Positions 1-7,476 of a DNA stretch of 20,000 bases are shown here, in pieces. Numbering within the stretch: position 1 is the first letter of the stretch; each line of letters starts with the position of its first letter. A program made the translations under genes and the position numbers. The DNA comes from an uncultured virus (IMG/VR IMGVR_UViG_3300008113_006701) (taxonomy: Duplodnaviria > Heunggongvirae > Uroviricota > Caudoviricetes), in the IMG/VR virus record IMGVR_UViG_3300008113_006701; one strand, written 5' to 3'. The notes below the pieces were generated by a model, which worked only from the letters and a program-made list of their open reading frames with translations, was not told the origin of the DNA and searched no databases.

Positions 1-699
1 CCTGTTGGGTTAGGTGTTGTTAAAGAATATGATTCAATTTTTGTTAATGCAGATTTATTGGATGGTTCAATAGATATGCTAACATCTATTGCTGTTCCAT
101 ATCATTTGATAACAGGAAATTCTGATACTTTAGTTAATCCTAGTACTGCTTTAAGAATATTAGATACTAAAGTAGTCTCTTGGTCTGGGCACAACTTTCC
201 TAAAATTAACGAAAGATGTTTACAAATACCTATGGGATTTACTGAATTGGGTCCACAAAGGCCTAATAGTTTTTTTGAGTATATAGAATTACCAGAAAAC
301 AAAATGATACCTATTATTATTACTCCATATGGGGCAACGCATAATAGTAGATCAGATTTAAGTAATTTATATGGTGATGGTATCTTAAATTTAAAAGGTA
401 GAATAGATTATAGTAATTTTTTGACTCTATTGTCTATATCTAAATATTCTTGCTGTCCTAGAGGCAATGCTTTGGACTCTCATAGATTTGTAGAATCAAT
501 TGCATGCAATAGTATTCCTATAGTAATGACATCTGATTTAGATCCTTTGTATCATGAAATGGGTGCTATTATTGTGACAGATTGGAATGTATGTAAGGAT
601 GTTAATTCTTTACCTGTCCCTAAATTAAATCGTGATGTAGTAACTTTAGAATATTGGCAAGAAAGAATAAAGACACACCAAAAACAATTTGAAAGATGA
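1..699 (+). CDS. Exostosin/GT47-like glycosyltransferase-family protein (5'-partial)
   Basis: Frame is open from base 1. Motif SKYSCCPRGNALDSHRFVESIACNSIPIV resembles the exostosin-like P-x-G-N-x-x-D-[TS]-H-R-x-x-E motif. Confidence 0.6.
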   Translation, partial: PVGLGVVKEYDSIFVNADLLDGSIDMLTSIAVPYHLITGNSDTLVNPSTALRILDTKVVSWSGHNFPKINERCLQIPMGFTELGPQRPNSFFEYIELPENKMIPIIITPYGATHNSRSDLSNLYGDGILNLKGRIDYSNFLTLLSISKYSCCPRGNALDSHRFVESIACNSIPIVMTSDLDPLYHEMGAIIVTDWNVCKDVNSLPVPKLNRDVVTLEYWQERIKTHQKQFER

Positions 700-992
700 T
701 TATGATTGAATACAAATATAATGAGGATAATTTATTGAATGAACTAAAAGAATATGTAGATAAGACATACGGAGAACATTATTCATTAAATAAATTCCAA
801 GCGACAGAATTCATTATTGATAGCGGACACGGCATAGGGTTCACTGTCGGTAACGTAATGAAGTATGCCCAAAGATACGGAAAGAAAGCCGGAAGGAATA
901 GACAAGACGTACTAAAGGTGTTACACTATGCATTGATGATGTTATATGTGCATGATATTGAAACCAAGGAGCTAGATAATGCAAATAAGTAA
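696..992 (+). CDS. Conserved T4-like phage protein, DUF3310-like
   Basis: TYGEHYS...GFTVGNVMKYAQRYGKK...KVLHYA pattern. Sits just before the sliding clamp, as in many environmental T4-like phages. Confidence 0.6.
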   Translation: MIMIEYKYNEDNLLNELKEYVDKTYGEHYSLNKFQATEFIIDSGHGIGFTVGNVMKYAQRYGKKAGRNRQDVLKVLHYALMMLYVHDIETKELDNANK

Positions 993-1635
993 AGAGACGA
1001 TTGATATCCTAAAGAACTTTGCTGGAGTTAACAGCAATATTCTTATTCGCAAAGGTAAGACTTTAGCAACAATTAGTACAGCAAAAAACATTTTTGCGAA
1101 GGCTGATGTAGCAGAAGACTTTCCCGAGGAAGTAGCAGTTTATGATTTGAATTCGTTGTTGGCTTTGCTGACACTTATGGAAAATCAGAATGTAGAGTTT
1201 GGTGATAAAAGCCTAACAATTTCTAAAGACAATGGTAAGTTTGAATACTTCTATTCTAGTCCTTCGGTTATTGTTGCAGCACCAGATAAAAGCATTGAAG
1301 TAGATAATCACTATCAGTTTAAATTGACAGCTGAAGATGTTAACATGGTTATGAAGGCAGCAGGTATTACCGGTGCACCTACAATCACAATCTCATCCGA
1401 CGGAACAACTGTTACATTGACTATCGGCGATAAAAAGAATGACACAGCAAATACTTATAAGAAAGTAATTGGTACAAGTGAGCATACTTTTGATTGTCAC
1501 ATGGCAGTTGAAAACTTTAAAGTTATTCCCGATTCTTATACAGTAACAATCTCGAAAAAGAAAGCATTCCACTTTAAACATGAAACAAAGGCATTGGAAT
1601 ACTTTATCGCAATGGAACCTGATTCCAAAGTATAA
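979..1635 (+). CDS. 45: DNA polymerase sliding clamp (gp45)
   Basis: N-terminus ISKETIDILKNFAGVNSNILI, YDLNSLL, C-terminal YFIAMEPDS; 218 aa; RBS AAGGAG; synteny with gp44/gp62. Confidence 0.95.
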   Translation: MQISKETIDILKNFAGVNSNILIRKGKTLATISTAKNIFAKADVAEDFPEEVAVYDLNSLLALLTLMENQNVEFGDKSLTISKDNGKFEYFYSSPSVIVAAPDKSIEVDNHYQFKLTAEDVNMVMKAAGITGAPTITISSDGTTVTLTIGDKKNDTANTYKKVIGTSEHTFDCHMAVENFKVIPDSYTVTISKKKAFHFKHETKALEYFIAMEPDSKV

Positions 1636-1718
1636 TGAGTATATTAAAACCAAATTGGTTTAATCGTAAAATGATTGAACTAGTTTTTGGTTGGATTTGG
1701 ATTGACGGAAAACTTTAA
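1635..1718 (+). CDS. Possible 27-aa microprotein MSILKPNWFNRKMIELVFGWIWIDGKL
   Basis: ATG overlaps the gp45 stop (TAATG) and the ORF fills most of the gp45-gp44 gap. Confidence 0.4.
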   Translation: MSILKPNWFNRKMIELVFGWIWIDGKL

Positions 1719-1736
1719 ATATATTATGGAGTTGTT

Positions 1737-2426
1737 ATGGATTATCGTGAAGATGAGTTTTTATGGGTTGAAAAGTATCGGCCCCGCAAACTAGATGATT
1801 GTATTCTTCCTGCAGATCAAAAGAAGATCTTTCAGGAAATGCTCTTAAAAAATGAGATACAAAATATGCTACTTTGCGGTGGCGCAGGTATGGGCAAGAC
1901 TACTGTTGCCCGAGCATTGTGTGAAGAATTAGAAACAGATTATATTATCATTAACGGTTCAGAAGAATCGGGTATTGATGTTCTTCGTACTAAGATTAAA
2001 CAGTTTGCTTCTACTGTATCATTCAGCGGAAAGCCAAAGGTTGTTATTCTAGACGAAGCAGATTATTTGAATCCTAATTCTACACAACCTGCTCTCAGAG
2101 CATTTATGGAAGAGTTCTCAAATAATTGTAGGTTCATTTTAACTTGTAACTTTAAGAATAGAATTATTCCTCCGCTTCATTCTCGAACTGCGGTTATCGA
2201 ATTTAAATTACCTAAGACTGAGAAGCCAAAGATTGCTGCACTATTCTTTAAGCGCGTAACCGAGATTCTTTCAATTGAAAGTGTTACTGCAGATAGTAAA
2301 GTAATTGCAAAGGTTATCGAAAAGCATTTCCCTGATTATCGTCGTATTCTAAATGAACTGCAACGATAAGAAATTAATTTGGTTGCGTGTTTAACTGAGA
2401 TTATGGCAGCAGTGGAGTTTAAATGA
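1737..2426 (+). CDS. 44: Clamp loader large subunit (gp44, AAA+), interrupted by an apparent in-frame internal deletion at ~2368
   Basis: WVEKYRP, Walker A GGAGMGKT, Walker B ILDEAD, LHSR. TAA at 2367-2369 is followed in the same frame by the typical C-terminus EINLVACLTEIMAAVEFK*, which ends in an ATGA overlap with the next ORF. Confidence 0.92.
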
Positions 2427-2698
2427 ATAATATTAGAGTTGCGGGAATAGATTACGAAATTCAATATCTATCTTCTGAGGAAATGAACGGTAACATTGGT
2501 CTTGCAGATTTTAATAATCAAAAAATTATGATAAACACCGGCATTACAGAACAAACAAAACGTATTGCCTTGATGCATGAGACATTACATATCCTTGATA
2601 AAGCATATAATCTAAAATTATCTGAAGACCAGGTTACATATACTGCGCATGCACTAGTTGCACTTGCTGTAGATAACCCTAATTCAGGTGTATTATGA
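2423..2698 (+). CDS. Small HExxH metallopeptidase-like protein (ImmA/IrrE-like)
   Basis: GLADFNNQKIMIN...ALMHETLH motif; ATGA overlaps on both sides. Confidence 0.6.
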   Translation: MNNIRVAGIDYEIQYLSSEEMNGNIGLADFNNQKIMINTGITEQTKRIALMHETLHILDKAYNLKLSEDQVTYTAHALVALAVDNPNSGVL

Positions 2699-2982
2699 AT
2701 ACTATAATTTTAGATATATTTAAATGGATTAAAGATGACTATCGTTCTAATCGCATTCGTTTTGCTGTTGAGTTGTTGGCTTGGGCTATTAGTATTGGCT
2801 GCTCAATCACCATGGCACTCACAGTCCCAAATCCTCCTCTTCTTGCTCTTTATCCTGTGTGGATTGGTGGTTGTGCCATGTATGCTTGGGCTAGTTATAC
2901 TCGGAAATCATTTGGGATGCTTGCTAACTATATACTGTTAACAACTATTGACACAGTTGGATTAGTGAGGATGTTAACATGA
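2695..2982 (+). CDS. Small membrane protein, about 3 TM helices
   Basis: Three hydrophobic segments; ATGA coupling to both neighbours. Confidence 0.7.
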   Translation: MNTIILDIFKWIKDDYRSNRIRFAVELLAWAISIGCSITMALTVPNPPLLALYPVWIGGCAMYAWASYTRKSFGMLANYILLTTIDTVGLVRMLT

Positions 2983-3422
2983 GTTTAGACTTTTTGGGTG
3001 GACCTGTAGCAAAACCCGAGGCAATTCCGTATAAAGCCCCATCTATTTCCCCTTTCGATTTTATCAATGCTATACACCATAGCAAAGAAAAACTAATTGT
3101 GGACGATTGGTCTGAGAAACAGTATAACCCCTACATCATTAATAAAGGACTTTCCTATGGGCCAGATACAGTAATTCCTGCGAACGAAATGAATTCTAGA
3201 CCCCATTTGCCGAAGATTCTACAATTTGATTTTCTTATAAATATTATTAGGCCCCGGAAAAGATTCAATAAATGGATCAAGGCTGAGAAGGTCGCTGATT
3301 TGGAAGTTATCAAAGAATACTATGGCTATAGCACAGAAAAAGCCAAACAAGTACTCCCACTTCTAAATTCTTCGACTATTGAAGAAATGAAAAAAAGAAT
3401 AACAAAAGGTGGGTGGAAGTAA
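2979..3422 (+). CDS. 62: Clamp loader small subunit (gp62)
   Basis: PFDFINAI, YNPYIINKGLS, ANEMN, RPRKRFNKW, IKEYYGYSTEKA, KGG; directly precedes regA. Confidence 0.93.
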   Translation: MSLDFLGGPVAKPEAIPYKAPSISPFDFINAIHHSKEKLIVDDWSEKQYNPYIINKGLSYGPDTVIPANEMNSRPHLPKILQFDFLINIIRPRKRFNKWIKAEKVADLEVIKEYYGYSTEKAKQVLPLLNSSTIEEMKKRITKGGWK

Positions 3423-3856
3423 TGAGTACTGACATAATCAATATAGATTTTCCAGGGTATCATCCTCTAGAAGTAATTTTATCTGAACCAGATGATTTTT
3501 TAAAAGTAAGAGAAACATTAACAAGAATTGGTGTTGCTTCTAGAAAAGATAAAACCCTATATCAATCATGCCATATACTACATAAGCAGGGCAGATATTT
3601 TATAGTTCATTTTAAAGAACTATTTGCATTAGATGGTAAAACCGCAGATCTATCTGAAAATGATTTGCAGCGTAGAAATACAATTTCAAAGTTATTAGTA
3701 GATTGGGGATTGGTTAAAGTTAACAATCCTGAATTCTTCCAAGACTATGCTCCTTTATCTCAGATCAAAGTTATCTCGCACAGAGAAAAAGATGATTGGA
3801 AATTGGAAACAAAGTATAACATTGGCAAGAAAAAGTTAACAACTAGTAATAAATAA
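3422..3856 (+). CDS. regA: Translational repressor RegA
   Basis: DDFLKVRETLTRIGVAS...LYQSCHILHKQGRYFIVHFKELFALDG signature. The ATG at 3422 overlaps the gp62 stop. Confidence 0.97.
   Translation: MSTDIINIDFPGYHPLEVILSEPDDFLKVRETLTRIGVASRKDKTLYQSCHILHKQGRYFIVHFKELFALDGKTADLSENDLQRRNTISKLLVDWGLVKVNNPEFFQDYAPLSQIKVISHREKDDWKLETKYNIGKKKLTTSNK
3848..3855 (+). promoter_or_regulatory. Putative T4-type late promoter (AATAAATA)
   Basis: NATAAATA at the end of regA, immediately before a structured leader. Confidence 0.5.
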
Positions 3857-3860
3857 TTAT

Positions 3861-3965
3861 GTTCCCAGGGATGGGAAACGGAGTTGACGGATCTCAATAA
3901 AACCGTCAGAGCTTATGCCTTCGGGGTAAGCATTTTAATACTCGCTTTTTAAGGAGAAATTTATG
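3861..3965 (+). promoter_or_regulatory. Structured 5' leader with ROSE-like RNA thermometer hairpin
   Basis: Hairpins TTCCCA-GGGA-TGGGAA, TGACGG/CCGTCA, GCTTATGCC-TTCG-GGGTAAGC, and CTCGCTT-TTT-AAGGAG which pairs the SD opposite a bulged G. Confidence 0.65.
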
Positions 3966-4202
3966 AGTACATTTTACGCAGATATGGCTATTGATACTAT
4001 TCAAAACGCCAAACTAGAATTCCTTCGTCACACCATGAAGGACGACACAATCAAAAAACCCCTAGAAGAATTCGTTGAAGCACAACGCAAATTTACAAAA
4101 CAGATTGCTAAATCTGGATGTGATTTGATTACCGTTGGCACAGAGTCTATGACTCGCTTTATCTTTGGTTCCAACAAAACCGAAAAAACCGAATCTAAGT
4201 AA
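3963..4202 (+). CDS. Hypothetical amphipathic helical protein (79 aa)
   Basis: Strong SD AAGGAG; first gene of the apparent hsp20 operon. Confidence 0.75.
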   Translation: MSTFYADMAIDTIQNAKLEFLRHTMKDDTIKKPLEEFVEAQRKFTKQIAKSGCDLITVGTESMTRFIFGSNKTEKTESK

Positions 4203-4215
4203 TAGGGAGTAACAA

Positions 4216-4707
4216 ATGACGCTAATAACAATGCCTCGTTTCGACACAAATATGTTCAAAGAAATGGACAAATATTTTATTGGGTTTGATGAACAGTTTA
4301 ATCGTCTTACAAAAATGCATGACGATATAACAAAAAACATTCCTAATTATCCTCCGTACAATGTTAAGAAAACCGGCGACAATACTTATGTAATTGAAAT
4401 TGCTGCTGCTGGTTTTGCTAAACAAGATATTGAAATTGAATTAGCTGATAACAAGATGATTGTTAAAGGTAACATTCAAACTGCAGATAATGATGAAAAT
4501 TTCCTATTTAAGGGAATTGCCAATAGAGCATTTACTCGCAACTTTGCTTTGGACGACCAGATTGAAGTTAAAGATGCAGAGATGTTAAATGGTATGCTAA
4601 GAATTTTCTTGGAACGTATTATCCCTGAGCATAAGAAGCCTAAGAAAATTGAGGTTAAAGAACCTACAGGCAAAACTAAAAAATTAACTACGGATAGTTC
4701 ATTATGA
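4216..4707 (+). CDS. hsp20: Small heat-shock protein (Hsp20/IbpA-like)
   Basis: NYPPYNV, IEIAAAGF, FLFKGIANRAFTRNFAL, NGMLRIFLERIIPEHKKPKKIEV. Confidence 0.96.
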   Translation: MTLITMPRFDTNMFKEMDKYFIGFDEQFNRLTKMHDDITKNIPNYPPYNVKKTGDNTYVIEIAAAGFAKQDIEIELADNKMIVKGNIQTADNDENFLFKGIANRAFTRNFALDDQIEVKDAEMLNGMLRIFLERIIPEHKKPKKIEVKEPTGKTKKLTTDSSL

Positions 4708-4799
4708 AAAAGCTATTGACGGATATTAAATACTATTTTATAATGTGGATTGAAGTGACGCAATCCGCGCGAAATCAAAATATACGTTATTGGCATTAA
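4704..4799 (+). CDS. Possible 31-aa microprotein MKKLLTDIKYYFIMWIEVTQSARNQNIRYWH
   Basis: ATGA overlap with the hsp20 stop; ends just before the RBS of the next gene. Confidence 0.4.
   Translation: MKKLLTDIKYYFIMWIEVTQSARNQNIRYWH
4716..4744 (+). promoter_or_regulatory. Sigma70-type promoter
   Basis: TTGACG-N17-TATAAT. Confidence 0.65.
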
Positions 4800-4809
4800 A
4801 GGAAATAAA

Positions 4810-5133
4810 ATGATTAAAGTAATTAAACTTATTACAGGCGAAGAAGTTGTGGGTGAAGTAAGCTATGATGGCACTACTGTTATTGTAGATAAACCATGCG
4901 CTGTTATGTTGGTGTCGGCTAAGTCTACTCCAGATCAACACTCAATGGCATTGATTCCATATGCAGCTTACACTAATGGTCACACCATTAAGATTAAAGA
5001 ATCTTCTATTATTTGGGAAGCAGACTTGCAAGAAGATGTTTACAACCAATACAATATGTTGTTTGGTACAGGCATTCAAATCTTGACAGGAAAGAATCCT
5101 AATACTTCTTCTTTGAATATTGTAGGAAATTAA
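4810..5133 (+). CDS. Conserved T4-like phage protein (possible Sm-like fold)
   Basis: IKVIKLITGEEVVGEV N-terminus is typical of a family found near hsp20/gp43; SD AAGGA. Confidence 0.6.
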   Translation: MIKVIKLITGEEVVGEVSYDGTTVIVDKPCAVMLVSAKSTPDQHSMALIPYAAYTNGHTIKIKESSIIWEADLQEDVYNQYNMLFGTGIQILTGKNPNTSSLNIVGN

Positions 5134-5447
5134 TTACTTCTTTCTTTGACTTGTTCCTGAATCACTTTCGGACAAACGGCATTTTTATAAAAGTAAGTTT
5201 TGTAGATGTGTTGTTTGTCCGATCCTCCGCAAGCATAATCACATACTTTTAACCCGTCGTTAGTTACGAAGGATTTTTCTAAGGTACAGCTCTTAGTTAC
5301 AATATTATATTGTTTTTCTTTTTTAGATACCTGAGCCTCAATTTTTATAGGTACAGATACGCTGATATTAACTGAGTCCGGAATAAAAGGCGAGGCTATT
5401 GTAACAGCAGTACTAATGCCGATGATTGTTTTTTTAAATGGACTCAT
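5130..5447 (-). CDS. Hypothetical exported Cys-containing protein
   Basis: ATG at 5447 (MSPFKKTIIGISTAVTIASP) with a hydrophobic N-terminus and four Cys in the C-terminal half. Confidence 0.6.
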   Translation of the reverse strand: MSPFKKTIIGISTAVTIASPFIPDSVNISVSVPIKIEAQVSKKEKQYNIVTKSCTLEKSFVTNDGLKVCDYACGGSDKQHIYKTYFYKNAVCPKVIQEQVKERSN

Positions 5448-5448
5448 A

Positions 5449-5589
5449 TTAGTGTTTGGTGTATAACCAAACAAACCCTAATATTCCTGTGCACAATAAT
5501 AATAGAAATAGATAAAATAATAAAATAAATTTAGCAAATCCAACATTGTCAAATACCCATTCTAAAAATGTGTACTTATTTTTTGCCAT
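5449..5589 (-). CDS. 46-aa single-pass membrane protein (not in ORF track)
   Basis: MAKNKYTFLEWVFDNVGFAKFILLFYLFLLLLCTGILGFVWLYTKH*; overlaps the end of the upstream gene and abuts the next ATG. Confidence 0.6.
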   Translation of the reverse strand: MAKNKYTFLEWVFDNVGFAKFILLFYLFLLLLCTGILGFVWLYTKH

Positions 5590-6382
5590 CTTGGTAATTC
5601 TGTTCGTCTAATATTTTTAGCGCCTGTCTAAATTTTTCTATATCGTATTTTTTAGCGTCTTCTAATCTTTGTTTATATGATCCGGGTTCACCTAGCTCAG
5701 GCCATCTTTGTTTACGATCATATGATAACCAGGTAAAGAACCCGGCCATTAATAATATTAGTAATAATATTCCGCCAGCTAAAGAAAGTTCTAATGCGAG
5801 ATTTTCCATTCTTCTTTGGCGCTTTGCTCTTTTAATTGCATCTTCTTTTTCTTTTACTTTTCTTGCAACTTTTTGTTCATCTATAATTTGAACACGCATA
5901 TCTTGAAAGCGAGTCCACAAGTCTTTTAAGTCTGCAGGAACATTATAGATCATCTGTTCGCGTAATTCAACTTCCATTTGTTCAAGTCTGGAACGAATCA
6001 ATACTCTTTGCAATGCTCTTCGACTTAGTGAGACATCGCCAGTATATACTTCTTTAGATTTTTGTTCTTCATCATAAAACAATTCTTCAATCTTGTCCAT
6101 TGCATCGAAGAATGTTCCTAATTGGTCTCCGATGATAGAGATAACATCATTGGGATCTTTTAGAATATTTTCTTTTACTTCTTTTTTCTTTTGCTCAAAC
6201 TGCTGCCGTTGTTCTTTAGTTGCCGGTTTGTTTTCGTGTTGCTTATTGAATTGCTTATCCAAGTCATCCAACACGCCCTTTACGTCACCCGCAGCGCTCT
6301 TAATATCTTTATAAAGCTGACAACCTTTTTTAACCGCAGCAACGGCCCCGTTAGCCAATGCTAGGAGTGTTAACGGATCCAT
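5576..6382 (-). CDS. Coiled-coil membrane-anchored hypothetical protein
   Basis: 268-aa ORF with long charged helical segments and one TM segment (LSLAGGILLLILLMAGFFTWL). Confidence 0.75.
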   Translation of the reverse strand: MDPLTLLALANGAVAAVKKGCQLYKDIKSAAGDVKGVLDDLDKQFNKQHENKPATKEQRQQFEQKKKEVKENILKDPNDVISIIGDQLGTFFDAMDKIEELFYDEEQKSKEVYTGDVSLSRRALQRVLIRSRLEQMEVELREQMIYNVPADLKDLWTRFQDMRVQIIDEQKVARKVKEKEDAIKRAKRQRRMENLALELSLAGGILLLILLMAGFFTWLSYDRKQRWPELGEPGSYKQRLEDAKKYDIEKFRQALKILDEQNYQDGKK

Positions 6383-6430
6383 GTTATGTCATGGTCCGGC
6401 TCCATTCTAAATCATTCATCACTTGCATTA

Positions 6431-7468
6431 TTAGTTTACATTATATACTACACCGGCTTCGCCAGTATTAGTGTTTGGAAATTTTCTTATGGCTCCTGGC
6501 CATATAATTCGAACTGCTCCAGGAGAATCTGTAATACCATATGCATTAGGTACTCGTATACCGCCGCCATATAAATGAGACATTCCTCCAGAACCCGCAC
6601 CACCTGGACTTAATACATTTGCTGATAAATTTGTACCACTTCCACCCTCTCCGCTATCACCTTGTCCGTATAATCCTGTGCCGCCGCCGAATGCTACAAT
6701 AGTTGCCAACGGAGCTGGAAGATGAGTAAATGCTGGACTGTTTGCTGGGTTCACGTTGTCATAGCCACCGCCGGCACCTCCGCCACCACCTCCAAAGCCC
6801 GGTTGACCGTACCCTACGTTTGCGCCTTCCCAGTAATTAAAGTCAGCTCGACCACCATCTCCACCTTTTCCTGTATATCCTCCAGCACCGCCCCCACCTT
6901 GGTAGAAACCATAGTACCCATGTGGCGGACTAAGCCCATCAATATCTGGATCGCCGAATATTCCACTCCGTCCCCCAAGTCCACCACCTTCACCCACAAT
7001 AAAGTTACTATGTCTATAACTATTAAGAGGAGCCCCAGCTAATATATCAGCTCCGCCTGCAGCTACAGCATATCTTGCGCCACCGTTCGAATAATTTTCT
7101 ATTCGAAATGCAGAACCGGACATTGGTGGGTCAAAATTTCCAGGACCTCTATATTTATAATTGAATGTTCCATTGTAAACATAATATACATTGCCCGGTG
7201 TTACTGGTATATTATTTTTCCATGCTAGCGCGCCACCGCTTCCTGCCCCGCCACCGATGGAAGGGGTGTAACCGTTGCCGCCATTTGGGCTGTTCATTGC
7301 AACTCCGTCCGGGGCAACTGCACCTGGGCCTATACAAACAACTGATACGCTATAAACTTCAGGTGGGCATACCCAAGTATATGTTCCTGTTGTTGTATAT
7401 ACGGATTCCCCAACAACTGGGCGATTGGTTATTGTTACGTTGGATAATCTTATATTTCGTATTTTCAT
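6431..7468 (-). CDS. Glycine-rich virion/adhesin-like protein (paralogue 2)
   Basis: Multiple poly-Gly motifs, YTTTGTYTWVCP, GGALAWKNNIPVTPG, C-terminal GAVRIIWPG; SD AAGGA. Confidence 0.7.
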   Translation of the reverse strand: MKIRNIRLSNVTITNRPVVGESVYTTTGTYTWVCPPEVYSVSVVCIGPGAVAPDGVAMNSPNGGNGYTPSIGGGAGSGGALAWKNNIPVTPGNVYYVYNGTFNYKYRGPGNFDPPMSGSAFRIENYSNGGARYAVAAGGADILAGAPLNSYRHSNFIVGEGGGLGGRSGIFGDPDIDGLSPPHGYYGFYQGGGGAGGYTGKGGDGGRADFNYWEGANVGYGQPGFGGGGGGAGGGYDNVNPANSPAFTHLPAPLATIVAFGGGTGLYGQGDSGEGGSGTNLSANVLSPGGAGSGGMSHLYGGGIRVPNAYGITDSPGAVRIIWPGAIRKFPNTNTGEAGVVYNVN

Positions 7469-7476
7469 TTTATTCC

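Noticed and set aside
2367..2369. Stop-codon read-through or recoding in gp44
   Set aside because: Read-through would still leave ~85-90 residues missing. TAA is the ordinary stop of many genes here and no suppressor tRNA is seen.
3236..3243. Exact TATAAATA inside gp62 (also on the minus strand at 7152-7159, and CATAAATA at 18365-18372)
   Set aside because: These lie in coding or tRNA-end context in AT-rich DNA and cannot be told from chance without TSS data.
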